Assembly: GCA_938045545.1 (NCBI GenBank)
Contig: CALIBN010000002.1
Location: 1-64,000 of the forward strand
Reading direction: 5' to 3'
DNA length: 64,000 nucleotides
Source: an uncultured archaeon
GTDB lineage: Archaea > Thermoproteota > EX4484-205 > JAAOZP01
Each line of letters opens with the position of its first letter. Position 1 is the stretch's first letter. Both the position numbers and the translations under genes were made by a program. Positions 49,330 to 59,273 of the stretch are shown in pieces. Below the pieces are notes generated by a model that ran no database searches, was not told the DNA's origin, and saw nothing but the letters and a program-made list of their open reading frames with translations.

Positions 49330-50361
49330 GTGAACGTCGGGATCTCTGGGCTCGGGAGAAGCGGATGGGACATTCATGCCAATGCACTCGAGAAATGCTC
49401 CGACATGTATAAGGTGGTTGCAGTCTTCGATCCACTTGAGGAGAGACGAAAGGAAGCTGTTAACAGGTTTGATTGCAGAGCATATACAGATTTCGGTTCA
49501 CTCTTGAGGGATGAAGAGGTAGAACTGGTGGTTGTGGCAACGCCAAGCCACCTTCACGCCCCACAAACCATAGAAGCGTTGAAATCCGGTAAAAACGTTG
49601 TATGTGAGAAGCCGATGGCAACAAACCTGGCTGAAGCAGACGAGATGATAAGGGTTGCGAAGGAGGCTGGAAGAATACTAACGGTATTTCAGAACAAGAG
49701 ATACACCCCAGACTTCTTAAAAGTTAAGGAGATAGTTAGATCAGGTAAGCTTGGGCGCATAGTGCTTGTGAAAATATATTTACACTCCTTCGGAAGACGT
49801 TGGGATTGGCAGACATTGAAAAGGTTTGGAGGAGGAGAACTTAACAATAATGCTTCCCATCTTATAGACCAGGCGGTTCAACTCGTAGGGGAGGAGGTGG
49901 AAGTACTTTTCTGCGACCTGCAGAGGACCCTAACTCTAGGTGATGCTGAGGATCATGTTAAGATAATTTTGGGAGGACCTAGCTCAACGAAGATTGACAT
50001 AGAGGTTACTCGCGCATGCGCCTACCCTCAGGATTATTGGCTGATAATGGGTACCCAAGGAGGACTTTCTGGAAACGGGACCTCGATAAAGTGGAAGTAT
50101 TTCGACCCTAAGGATCTTCCTCCCAGACAGGTTGAAACGAGGCCGACTCCAGACCGCAGCTACAATTGGGAAGATATTCCCTGGAGGGAGGAGAAGTGGA
50201 TTCTAGACGAGAATGCTAAGCGCGGCGAAATCTTGTTTTACGAGGAACTCTACAAGACTCTACGCGAGGGAGCCCCCCTGAGCGTTACGCCTGAAAGCGT
50301 TAGGAAAGTAATGTCATTAATGGAAAAATGCCGGGAATACTGCGAGGACAAGCGGTGCTGA
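49330..50361 (+). CDS. Gfo/Idh/MocA oxidoreductase
   Basis: GLGRSGWDIH, ATPSHLH, CEKPMA, FQNKRY, RRWDWQTL..GGGELNN. Confidence 0.9.
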   Translation: MNVGISGLGRSGWDIHANALEKCSDMYKVVAVFDPLEERRKEAVNRFDCRAYTDFGSLLRDEEVELVVVATPSHLHAPQTIEALKSGKNVVCEKPMATNLAEADEMIRVAKEAGRILTVFQNKRYTPDFLKVKEIVRSGKLGRIVLVKIYLHSFGRRWDWQTLKRFGGGELNNNASHLIDQAVQLVGEEVEVLFCDLQRTLTLGDAEDHVKIILGGPSSTKIDIEVTRACAYPQDYWLIMGTQGGLSGNGTSIKWKYFDPKDLPPRQVETRPTPDRSYNWEDIPWREEKWILDENAKRGEILFYEELYKTLREGAPLSVTPESVRKVMSLMEKCREYCEDKRC

Positions 50362-50450
50362 AGTAGTCCATGACGAGAAGACTATTCTTACTATTAAACT
50401 ACCAAGAAACTGTAAAAGCTTAAAGTAAACGCCTGAGGGTTAAGAAGGGA

Positions 50451-53400
50451 TTGGAGTTGACCGAGGACTTAACGATGATCGGCTTGTCTAAGCCCTTTGA
50501 AGAAGGAGGAAAATCATGTTTGAAAGCTGGAAGGCTACGTTGCGAGTACAGGGTTAACCCTCTGGGAATAGATGTTTTAAGACCCAAGTTAAGCTGGATC
50601 GTTGAATCGTCTGAAAGAGGACAGCTTCAGACAGCTTATCAGATTATCGTTTCGAGCACTAGATTAAACTTGGAGAAAGGCATTGGAGACTTATGGGATA
50701 CTGGGAAAGTTAAATCCGACCAGACGAGTCAGATAGAGTATTCTGGAAAGCCGCTTTCCTCAAGGATGGAATGTTGGTGGAAAGTGCGGGTGTGGGATAA
50801 AGACGGGAGGCTGTCTGAGTGGAGCGAGCCCGCACGTTGGACGATAGGCCTATTGACACCTGATGACTGGAAGGCGAAAATGATCGGGTATGATGAGTAT
50901 GCCGAGTGGGAGGAACCGAATTTCAGCGGTTGTAGATGGATCTGGTTCAATGAGGGTAACCCACTTAAAGAAGCCCCTGTTGCCAGTCGCTACTTCCGTC
51001 GCACAGTAGATTTGCCGTTTAATAGAAAAATACGTGGGGGAATCTTTCTACTAACCGCTGACGATCAAGCTATAGTTTTCGTAAATGGGGTGGAAGCAGG
51101 CAGGAGCGATGGAAAACCGCGAACAATCGAAATCACACGTCTGTTACGGCCTGGAAAAAATGTCTTTGCAGTTATGGCCACTAACCTAGGTGGTCCTGCA
51201 GGCCTACTCGGAAAAGCTGTGATCGAGTTTGAGAAGGAAGAGTCGTTTACCGTTATTACGGACAAAAAGTGGAAGGTTAGTGCATACGCAGAGGAGGGTT
51301 GGATTGGGCTCGATTTCAATGACGAGCATTGGGCTAATGCGCTTGAGCTAGGGGATTTCACGAAAGCGCCCTGGGGGGTCCTTGGAATAAAGCCCCCCTA
51401 TGTACGTCCACTACCATTGTTGAGGAAGTCGTTTAGCGTGAACAAGCAGGTGAAGCGCGCCTTCATATACGTTAGTGCATTAGGGAGCTGCGAGCTACAT
51501 CTTAATGGGAAGCGGGTCACGGAAGATTACTTCATACCAGGATGGTCTGACTTTCGAAAACGCGCATATTATCGTACCTACGAGGTCACTGATCTTCTTC
51601 AACCCGGGAGGAATGCGATTGGTGCGATTCTGCACAGCGAGTGGTACTCCGGCTATCAGGGTGGTTGGGGAAGGAGAAACAAATTCGGCCGTGGGCCACG
51701 CCTGCTCGTCCAATTGGAAATAGAATATGCTGATGGTGAAAGACAATTGATCGTTAGTGACGAGACTTGGAAAGCGACGTATGGGCCGATCCTTGAAGCA
51801 GACAATTACATGGGCGAGACCTACGACGCAAGGCGCGAGATTAATGGCTGGGACGAGCCCTGGTTCGATGACGGCAACTGGAAAGAGGTCGTTGCAGAGG
51901 ACGTTAAGGATATTGATTTGAGGCTCACATACCATCCGGGGGAGCCGATCAGGAAAACCATGGAGCTGGTCGCCAAGTCGATCAGGGAGGTTAGTTCCGG
52001 CGTCTTCATATACGATTTCGGGCAGAACATGGTCGGCACCGTGAGGTTACGCATCAGAAGCGCTAAGCCCGGCGATAGGATTGTGTTGCGCTATGCTGAG
52101 GTACTTAACCCCGACGGCACCCTGCACACGGCAAACCTTAGGGGAGCCCGTGCCACCGACGTATACTTCTGCAAGGGTGCTGCTGAGGAAGGCTTTGAGC
52201 CGCGCTTCACTTACCACGGCTTCCGATACGTTGAAGTGACGGGTTATCCCGGTAAACCGCTTCTGGATGCGGTGACTGGCATCGTCCTGCACTCCGACAT
52301 CCCCATAAGGGGAGAGTTCAGCTCTTCCAACCCGATTTTAAACAGGCTTTTCGAGAACATCGTTTGGAGTTTACGGGGCAATTACTTTGAGGTTCCGACG
52401 GATTGCCCCCAACGGGATGAGCGTCAGGGCTGGACTGGTGATGCGCAGATCTTCTCTCGAACGGCCGCTTATTTGGCTGACGTCTCCTCCTTCATGACTA
52501 AGTGGCTCATCGACCTGAACGACGGTCAAAGAGAGGACGGGGCTTATCCAGAGGTGGCGCCCGCAACCGGCTCCGGCTTCGGCACGCCCGCCTGGAGCGA
52601 CGCCGGGATCATCATACCCTACGTGGTTTGGCGGTTCTACGGCGACGCAAGGGTGATCCGGCTTTACTACGAGAACATGACCCGTTATATAGAGTACCTA
52701 GTTGAGAATAGTAAAGATTTCCTACGGCCAGAAATTGGATACGGCGATTGGGTTCCAGCCGGGTCAGAAACTCCCAAGGACGTGCTCTCCACGGCCTACT
52801 TCGCCTATGTCGTTAAGCTCATGGTTGAAATGGCTAGGGCAATCGGAAAGGAAGACGATGCTAAACTCTACGAGGAACTGTTCGAGAAAATCCGGTCCGC
52901 TTTCGTTAAGGCATACGTGGAACCGGATGGTCGGATAAAGGGAGAAACGCAAACCTGTTACGCCTTGGCGTTAGACCTGAAATTGCTGCCTGAGGAGCTG
53001 GAGAAGCTGGCCTTAGAACACCTCGTCAAAGACATTGAGAATCGCGACTGGCATCTTTCAACGGGATTCGTGGGCACACGACACCTCATGCAGGCACTTA
53101 CCAAGTTCAATAGAGTGGATGTCGCATATAAATTGTTGTTGCAAGAAACCTATCCGTCATGGCTTTACCCCCTGAGGCTGGGTGCGACGACGATTTGGGA
53201 AAGATGGAACAGCATGACCGAGGAGGGCATACACGAGCCCGGGATGAATTCCTTCAACCATTATGCTTTCGGAAGCGTTGGCGAATGGCTCTTCTCAACG
53301 GTTGTGGGGATCAGTACTGAAGGCGTCGGCTTTAAGCGGATCATAGTTAAACCACATCCATCAAGAGAACTGGGGTGTGTTCACTCAAAATACGAGTCGA

Positions 53401-53633
53401 TTAATGGGACTATTTCCGTGGATTGGTGGTTCTCCGGAAAGGACTTTCACCTGCAGCTGACCATCCCGGCTAACACGTCGGCACTAGTCCACGTTCCGAC
53501 GACGGATCCGAGAAGGGTAAGAGAAGGCGGGAAGCCTGCTGAGGAGGCTGAATGCGTCCGGTTTATCGGTATGAGAGAGGGCTACGCCGTGTATCTAGTC
53601 CTCTCCGGAAGCTACAGTTTCGTCGCTGCGTGA
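50451..53633 (+). CDS. GH78 alpha-L-rhamnosidase
   Basis: LRCEY..NPLGID, GETYDAR, DFGQNMVG, FTYHGFRYVE, PTDCPQRDERQGWTGD, GATTIWERW, MNSFNHYAFG. Confidence 0.95.
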   Translation: MELTEDLTMIGLSKPFEEGGKSCLKAGRLRCEYRVNPLGIDVLRPKLSWIVESSERGQLQTAYQIIVSSTRLNLEKGIGDLWDTGKVKSDQTSQIEYSGKPLSSRMECWWKVRVWDKDGRLSEWSEPARWTIGLLTPDDWKAKMIGYDEYAEWEEPNFSGCRWIWFNEGNPLKEAPVASRYFRRTVDLPFNRKIRGGIFLLTADDQAIVFVNGVEAGRSDGKPRTIEITRLLRPGKNVFAVMATNLGGPAGLLGKAVIEFEKEESFTVITDKKWKVSAYAEEGWIGLDFNDEHWANALELGDFTKAPWGVLGIKPPYVRPLPLLRKSFSVNKQVKRAFIYVSALGSCELHLNGKRVTEDYFIPGWSDFRKRAYYRTYEVTDLLQPGRNAIGAILHSEWYSGYQGGWGRRNKFGRGPRLLVQLEIEYADGERQLIVSDETWKATYGPILEADNYMGETYDARREINGWDEPWFDDGNWKEVVAEDVKDIDLRLTYHPGEPIRKTMELVAKSIREVSSGVFIYDFGQNMVGTVRLRIRSAKPGDRIVLRYAEVLNPDGTLHTANLRGARATDVYFCKGAAEEGFEPRFTYHGFRYVEVTGYPGKPLLDAVTGIVLHSDIPIRGEFSSSNPILNRLFENIVWSLRGNYFEVPTDCPQRDERQGWTGDAQIFSRTAAYLADVSSFMTKWLIDLNDGQREDGAYPEVAPATGSGFGTPAWSDAGIIIPYVVWRFYGDARVIRLYYENMTRYIEYLVENSKDFLRPEIGYGDWVPAGSETPKDVLSTAYFAYVVKLMVEMARAIGKEDDAKLYEELFEKIRSAFVKAYVEPDGRIKGETQTCYALALDLKLLPEELEKLALEHLVKDIENRDWHLSTGFVGTRHLMQALTKFNRVDVAYKLLLQETYPSWLYPLRLGATTIWERWNSMTEEGIHEPGMNSFNHYAFGSVGEWLFSTVVGISTEGVGFKRIIVKPHPSRELGCVHSKYESINGTISVDWWFSGKDFHLQLTIPANTSALVHVPTTDPRRVREGGKPAEEAECVRFIGMREGYAVYLVLSGSYSFVAA

Positions 53634-53706
53634 CAAGCATTTAACCCGCTGACTACTAACAGGCGTTTCGTCTCCTTAAAACTCTAAGCACCTGGCATAA
53701 CACGTG

Positions 53707-54312
53707 TCACAACATATTCTTAACGAACTCCTTTATTTTCCTCTTGATCCCGGGACGAAGGACGTCCTCTCCAGTATTAACATTACCCACTACTATATGG
53801 CCGATATACTCCATCCTATGATATTCGACAATCCTTCTATAAGCTTCGACAACCAAATCTGCTCCGTCGAATTCGTCCCCCGCCGCGGTCACGAGCAGGC
53901 CACATTTCTTCCCCTCGAGGAGCGAAGTGTAAGTGCCGTCCTCAGCGTACTTAGCCAGACAATAAGTCCGGTCGAGGAAGGCCTTCATTAACCATGAAAA
54001 CGACCAGTCAAAAACCGGCGTAGCAAGCAGGATACAATCGGCCGAAAGCATCTTGGGAAACATCTCCTGCATGTCATCCTTAATGGCACAGCCTGGTTCA
54101 TCCATGACCTTTTGACAGGCGAAGCATTCCACGCAACCAGAGATTTTCCTACCCATAAGATGGATGAGCTCCGTTTCATGCCCCCGTTTCCTCGCCTCTC
54201 GCAGAACTGCCTCCAGCAAGGTAGCGGTGTTCCCCTTCCTCCTAGGACTTCCGAGGAACCCGTAAATCCTCAGCTTCTTCGCGACCATGTTTTTAGCCCC
54301 TTCTCGACACAT
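53707..54312 (-). CDS. Iron-sulfur flavoprotein / NADPH-dependent FMN reductase (probable start 54288)
   Basis: GSPRRKGNT, CVECFAC...C..KDDM, ATPV, KAFLDR. Confidence 0.9.
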   Translation of the reverse strand: MCREGAKNMVAKKLRIYGFLGSPRRKGNTATLLEAVLREARKRGHETELIHLMGRKISGCVECFACQKVMDEPGCAIKDDMQEMFPKMLSADCILLATPVFDWSFSWLMKAFLDRTYCLAKYAEDGTYTSLLEGKKCGLLVTAAGDEFDGADLVVEAYRRIVEYHRMEYIGHIVVGNVNTGEDVLRPGIKRKIKEFVKNML

Positions 54313-54527
54313 GTTAAAAGTTTTTAGCTTTCAGAAGCGTTCTGTGGTGTTAGGACATTTCATAACGGAGTTTAGAGATGATGAGACGAACTTGACAAAC
54401 TCCCTGCCCAGAATTCCCCCGTAACGTGCGTAAGGACCGAAGGAAGGATTTCTAGCACGTGTTATTCCGTCTTGAAGAGGCACGGGATGCCATAGACTTG
54501 CCCGCCATACGACGTCTGCCCTGAGGT

Positions 54528-55535
54528 TCACCCATAGAACCACTCTATGGGGATGATCTTCAGCTTAAGGGAAAAATGCCTTCCCTCGCTGACGTAATAT
54601 GTCAACAGGGCCTCCTCGCCGAAGAATGTGACGCTGGGATAGGCATACGTGTATCTTTCATCGATCTCTATATTTTTAACGTTTTCCCAGGTTTGACCCT
54701 CATCCCGCGATATGGCCACTGTTAAGGGTACCCTTTGAGGTCCCTGTGTGTTATTCCAGACCAATAGGAGGTCGTTCGTCTCAGGTATCCTTTTCATCGT
54801 CTGAGGGGATTCCGGAGACACGACGTTCATCGGCTCTGGTCTGCTCCAAGTTTCCCCGAGGTCGTCTGAAAAAGACCTGTAGATGTAACCCAATGTGGTT
54901 CTAAACCACATTAGGAGCCTACCATCCTTCAGCTCAATTAAGCCCGGCTCATCTGCGGTAGCGTTGGGCAACGAGACATCCATCGCTGACTTGAACCACG
55001 TCCTTCCATTATCCTCGGAGTAGAAGCAAGAGGATACGAACTTGGGCGTTACCCAAGCGTTCAGGGCATAGGCCACCGGCAGCAGGATTCTCCCGCTGGA
55101 TGTTTGGATCGCCCGATCGTTATTCGTGGTGAAGTATCCGGGATAAGCCTTTGCGATGGGCACGGGCTCACTCCAGGTTTTCGCCTCATCAAGGGATCTC
55201 CTCACGTAGGGATGACAATCCGTCTCAGAATTCTTGACTGAAAAGAATAGGAGGATCTCGCCAGTTTTAAGCCTAAGGAAATCCGCTTCCATAACGTTCT
55301 CCACCCCAATATCCTCCTGTATCGTGAATGGTTCGGTCCACGTTCGTCCCCCATCCTTAGAAGTCTTCCCCGCAATCCTCGCCGGAGCCATGTCATGAGG
55401 ACTATAATGGTAGAACTCTGTGTAGCCGAGGAGTAAAGTCCCGTCCCTCAACTCGATTATGTCTGCCTCAGTGTTCCTAGGATTTCTTTCAGTCGCCGGG
55501 CAAACAATGAGTTCATAGATCTGCTCCCCATTCAT
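54528..55535 (-). CDS. Sialidase-like Asp-box beta-propeller (GH33-like), cytoplasmic
   Basis: Five Asp boxes (SKDGGRTW, SLDEAKTW, SEDNGRTW, SDDLGETW, SRDEGQTW), DEP..IEL.DG, R.PL, YAYP. Confidence 0.82.
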   Translation of the reverse strand: MNGEQIYELIVCPATERNPRNTEADIIELRDGTLLLGYTEFYHYSPHDMAPARIAGKTSKDGGRTWTEPFTIQEDIGVENVMEADFLRLKTGEILLFFSVKNSETDCHPYVRRSLDEAKTWSEPVPIAKAYPGYFTTNNDRAIQTSSGRILLPVAYALNAWVTPKFVSSCFYSEDNGRTWFKSAMDVSLPNATADEPGLIELKDGRLLMWFRTTLGYIYRSFSDDLGETWSRPEPMNVVSPESPQTMKRIPETNDLLLVWNNTQGPQRVPLTVAISRDEGQTWENVKNIEIDERYTYAYPSVTFFGEEALLTYYVSEGRHFSLKLKIIPIEWFYG

Positions 55536-55636
55536 AGGATATCACCCATTTCCTCATTTCTTCTCATCTATATAAGATTTTAGAAACATGTGACTATCCA
55601 AACCTTTATATTTACCCTTTAACTCAAAAAGGTCAA

Positions 55637-57073
55637 ATGGGATCGAAACTAATCATTGTGGACGATTGGCCACAGCTGTTTATCGACGACATGCTGATGG
55701 AACATTGGAGCAATGTTTCGTTGAGGATAAACCCGCCGATGAAGGCCGGTCCAGTCCTACGCGCAGACAGGCTTTGGGAAAGCCATAGGGTTGGCGCTTA
55801 TGGAACTGTGATGGAAGACCAGGGGATTTACAAAATGTGGTATGATGCCATAGATTGGGACGGCAGGATCTTTCATTGCTATGCCATCTCAAGGGACGGC
55901 ATCAGCTGGGAAAAGCCCAACTTGGGCTTGGTCGAGTACCACGGTTCGAAAGATAATAACATCCTTCCCCTCCCGCCGTGCGGCACAGTCTTCATAGACC
56001 CGAAAGCCCCTAGGGAGAAGCGCTATAAGTATATCACATACGGCCATGGCAGTGAGGCAGGATATTTAAACGAGCATGGCGTACGGATTTGGTGGTCTGA
56101 AGATGGACTTAGATGGCTGCGGAATAAGGACTATGCGCTTCCGTTGATCTCGGATACGCAAACTCAGGCGTTTTGGGACGATAAGATCAATAAATACGTC
56201 GCCTACTTGCGCGCTTGGAATCCATTGAGATGTGTAGCGAGAGTGGAGGTCGAGGACATACTCAAGCCATTTCCGTACGAGCCCCGAAGGGATGTTCAGT
56301 ATGGTCCAGTGAGCGCGCGAGAGAATTGCATAACCACCGAATTGCCCATAACATTCAAGTACGACGATGAAGATCCGAAGGATTCGGACCATTATAATCC
56401 ATGCGTGATAAAATATCGGTATGCAAAGGACGTATACTTCATGTTTCCAAGCGCATATTTACACTATCCGGAGCCCCCGGTGGGTAAACGTCACAACGAT
56501 GGGCCGCTGGAGATCCAAATAGCTACGAGCAGGGATGGGATACATTGGAACAGGCTCGATAGGGAGCCCTACGTGAGGCTGGGAAGGACGGGCGAGCCCG
56601 ATAGCGGAATGATGTATATGCTTATCGGGATGATCCATAAGGCTGACGAAATATGGATGTACTATGCGGGCTATGACTATACCCACGGTTGCTACGACCT
56701 CAGCTCTATGAAGTATACGGGTGCCATCTTCAGGGTCGTTCAAAGGCTCGACGGATTTGTGTCGATAGACGCAGGATATAAAGGAGGCGAGTTCACAACG
56801 AAACCTTTATTATTCAAGGGACGTAGGCTCCTGCTTAACGTGGATACCTCCGCAACGGGTGGGGTAAGGGTGGAGATCCAGGACGAGGATGGAAGGCCAT
56901 TAAATAAGTTCAATCTGGACGATTGCGATGAGATCCATGCTAACGATTGTCATAAAGTCGTGACATGGAATGGAGTTTCCGACGTATCCAGCTTAGCCGG
57001 TACTCCCATCAGGCTCCGCTTCTCGATGAAGAAGGCCAAGCTCTATTCCTTCCGCTTTTCTGAGCGACTTTAA
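55637..57073 (+). CDS. Putative beta-propeller glycoside hydrolase (clan GH-J-like) with C-terminal beta-sandwich
   Basis: QLFIDD, YKMWY, SRDGISWEKP, SEDGLRW, SRDGIHW, RLDGFVS, LYSF. Confidence 0.6.
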   Translation: MGSKLIIVDDWPQLFIDDMLMEHWSNVSLRINPPMKAGPVLRADRLWESHRVGAYGTVMEDQGIYKMWYDAIDWDGRIFHCYAISRDGISWEKPNLGLVEYHGSKDNNILPLPPCGTVFIDPKAPREKRYKYITYGHGSEAGYLNEHGVRIWWSEDGLRWLRNKDYALPLISDTQTQAFWDDKINKYVAYLRAWNPLRCVARVEVEDILKPFPYEPRRDVQYGPVSARENCITTELPITFKYDDEDPKDSDHYNPCVIKYRYAKDVYFMFPSAYLHYPEPPVGKRHNDGPLEIQIATSRDGIHWNRLDREPYVRLGRTGEPDSGMMYMLIGMIHKADEIWMYYAGYDYTHGCYDLSSMKYTGAIFRVVQRLDGFVSIDAGYKGGEFTTKPLLFKGRRLLLNVDTSATGGVRVEIQDEDGRPLNKFNLDDCDEIHANDCHKVVTWNGVSDVSSLAGTPIRLRFSMKKAKLYSFRFSERL

Positions 57074-57178
57074 AATTTCAGAGGGATATTTCAATAAAGC
57101 GATGGTCTGTAGGACTTAAAGCTGTATCTGGAAACCTGTAAAAGTTTTTAAAGTCTTTATACCGGAGTCCGAAGGCAA

Positions 57179-57943
57179 ATGAACAATTTTAAGGAAAGGA
57201 TGAGGAGTGGAGAGATACTATTAGGTACGGCAATAGAGACTCCGGAGCCGGATGTCGCGGAGCTCATGGGCATTCTGGGTTTCGACTGGTTCTGGATAGA
57301 CATGGAGCATTGTCCCCTTGACGTCAAAGATGTCCAGACGATACTTCAGGCCATGGGTAGGTCTGAAACCGCAACCCTAGTCAGAGTCCCTTGGAATGAC
57401 CCCGTTTACATAAAGAGGGCCCTCGACCTTGGGCCTACTGGAATCATAGTTCCCTGGGTTAACAGCGAGGAGGAAGCCAAAAAAGCGGTAATGGCCTGTA
57501 GGTATCCCCCGGAGGGGATTAGGGGCTGCGGCCCGAGGAGGCCAGTGTGGTACAAAGATTTCACTGAATACGTTAGGGAAGCCAACGAAAACGTGGTAGT
57601 TGTCGTCCAAATAGAGACAAAAGATGCCATAAGGAACCTGAGGGAGATAATCTCCGTCCCGGGCGTGGACGGCACGATGGTTGGACCAGGAGACCTGTCC
57701 GCTTCCTTAGGCCACTTGGGCTATCCAAATGATCCAGAGGTCCTAAGCGCGATAAAGACCATAGTCGATGCGCATAAGGGAACAACGGTATGTCCTGGAA
57801 TGGCGTCTAATCCTGTGGATGCGGAGAAGCATATAGAGATGGGTTTCAGGCTGGTGAATGTGGGAAGCGATTTAGGTTTCATGAGGACTGCGGCTACGGA
57901 AACCTTAAGTAGATTAAGGAATTATCTGAAAGAAAGCCGTTGA
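57179..57943 (+). CDS. HpcH/HpaI class II pyruvate aldolase (GarL/RhmA-like)
   Basis: GFDWFWIDMEH, LVRVP, LDLG..GI.VP, RYPP.G.RG, QIET, VGPGDLS. Confidence 0.92.
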   Translation: MNNFKERMRSGEILLGTAIETPEPDVAELMGILGFDWFWIDMEHCPLDVKDVQTILQAMGRSETATLVRVPWNDPVYIKRALDLGPTGIIVPWVNSEEEAKKAVMACRYPPEGIRGCGPRRPVWYKDFTEYVREANENVVVVVQIETKDAIRNLREIISVPGVDGTMVGPGDLSASLGHLGYPNDPEVLSAIKTIVDAHKGTTVCPGMASNPVDAEKHIEMGFRLVNVGSDLGFMRTAATETLSRLRNYLKESR

Positions 57944-57986
57944 CTCGGGTTAAGTATGTAAGCATAACTCGATTGTTTAGCGGTGC

Positions 57987-59108
57987 ATGGATATGAAAAG
58001 AGAAGTCGCCATTTTATCCCTAGTCACATATTTCCTGTTTTTGGGAGCCGGTTCATCACAAATGTTTCTAATTCCTTATCTTAACCGCACGTTTTCCAAC
58101 GTGCTGAATTCGCTGGTTTTGGCAGTGGTATACATGTCCATAATTTTAGGGATCCTTCTTCTGAACGTTCCCTCTAAAGGGAGGCACTTAAAAAATATGC
58201 TCGTCTTTGGCGTAACCGGATATGTTGTTTTTCCCTTCCTCGTATTCTTAACGAAAGAGTACATATTGCTCATCACATCCTCGATATACTGGGGAGTAAC
58301 TGTGGCATTCTTTTGGATCTCGACCCTTTTCATCGTACTGAACATTTCTGACGAAAAGGAATCTGGAACAAGCTCAGGCACGATTTTCTTCGGAGCATGG
58401 CTCGGGACGTTCTTCGGGACAAACCTACTCGGTCTGGTTCAAAAAACATATGGTTATGACCTTGTCTTCCCAGCGGCTGCCTTTTTAAGCATGTTAGCAT
58501 TCCTTCCTATCTACTTTCTGCCCCCTAGTATAGAAGAGGTCTCGAAAAAAGTCAAGCTCAAGGATTTACTTGTCATGGGTGGAAGTAAAATAGTGACGTT
58601 CTTTTATTTTTTGAGCTGCTTTGGATATGGCATTCTCATAGGCTCCGTAAGCTGTGTCGTGTCCTCAACTCTAGGTCCCTCTATGATAGGACCCATCTTA
58701 AGTGGGTACTCCTTGATCTCGGCCCTGTTCAGCATCTACGGAGGGAAGGTCTCTGACCTCATAGGAAGAAAGAAGACGTTCATAATCGCGTTCTTCCTGG
58801 GAGCCCTTGGCCTCTTTCTAGGCTCCATCTCCATGAACCCAGTAACTCTCATAATCCTTTGTATCCTAGTAGGGTTTCAAGGGAGCGCAGCACCCGTTAA
58901 CGCTTTCGGCTGGATAGGGGATAAGACGAGGGAAAGCGGAAGATTGTCGAGCATATGCTCAAGCTTCGTATGGAATTCCATTGGTGTCACCTCTTCTCTC
59001 CTCCTTTCGTCAACCATCTATGAATTTTCAGGAAGCTATCAGACAGTGTTTTTCTTATTCGGAATTCTTTCCTTATTTTGCAGCATACTTGCCCACTTTT
59101 TAAAATAG
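57987..59108 (+). CDS. MFS transporter
   Basis: About 12 hydrophobic helices, motif A-like GKVSDLIGRK. Confidence 0.85.
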   Translation: MDMKREVAILSLVTYFLFLGAGSSQMFLIPYLNRTFSNVLNSLVLAVVYMSIILGILLLNVPSKGRHLKNMLVFGVTGYVVFPFLVFLTKEYILLITSSIYWGVTVAFFWISTLFIVLNISDEKESGTSSGTIFFGAWLGTFFGTNLLGLVQKTYGYDLVFPAAAFLSMLAFLPIYFLPPSIEEVSKKVKLKDLLVMGGSKIVTFFYFLSCFGYGILIGSVSCVVSSTLGPSMIGPILSGYSLISALFSIYGGKVSDLIGRKKTFIIAFFLGALGLFLGSISMNPVTLIILCILVGFQGSAAPVNAFGWIGDKTRESGRLSSICSSFVWNSIGVTSSLLLSSTIYEFSGSYQTVFFLFGILSLFCSILAHFLK

Positions 59109-59273
59109 ACGGAGACGAGATCACTAACGTCAAGGGTTAGCAGTTAAACCTTTTCTTAAGTTTCCGCTCTTCGTAGAGCGAGAAGTAACGCTCAGCTTTC
59201 TAACCGATATTAACACATCCCGTTTCTTCACATTGAAAAACTTTTTATTCACCTGAAAAATAAGGAAAGCTTC

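Noticed and set aside
54331-54527. Possible SRP-like or other structured RNA (TAACGTGC/GCACGTGTTA stem around CCGAAGG) and a 70-aa ORF
   Set aside because: Lacks the SRP helix 8 CAGG...GGAA...AGCA motif, pairing is weak, and the ORF has no recognisable features
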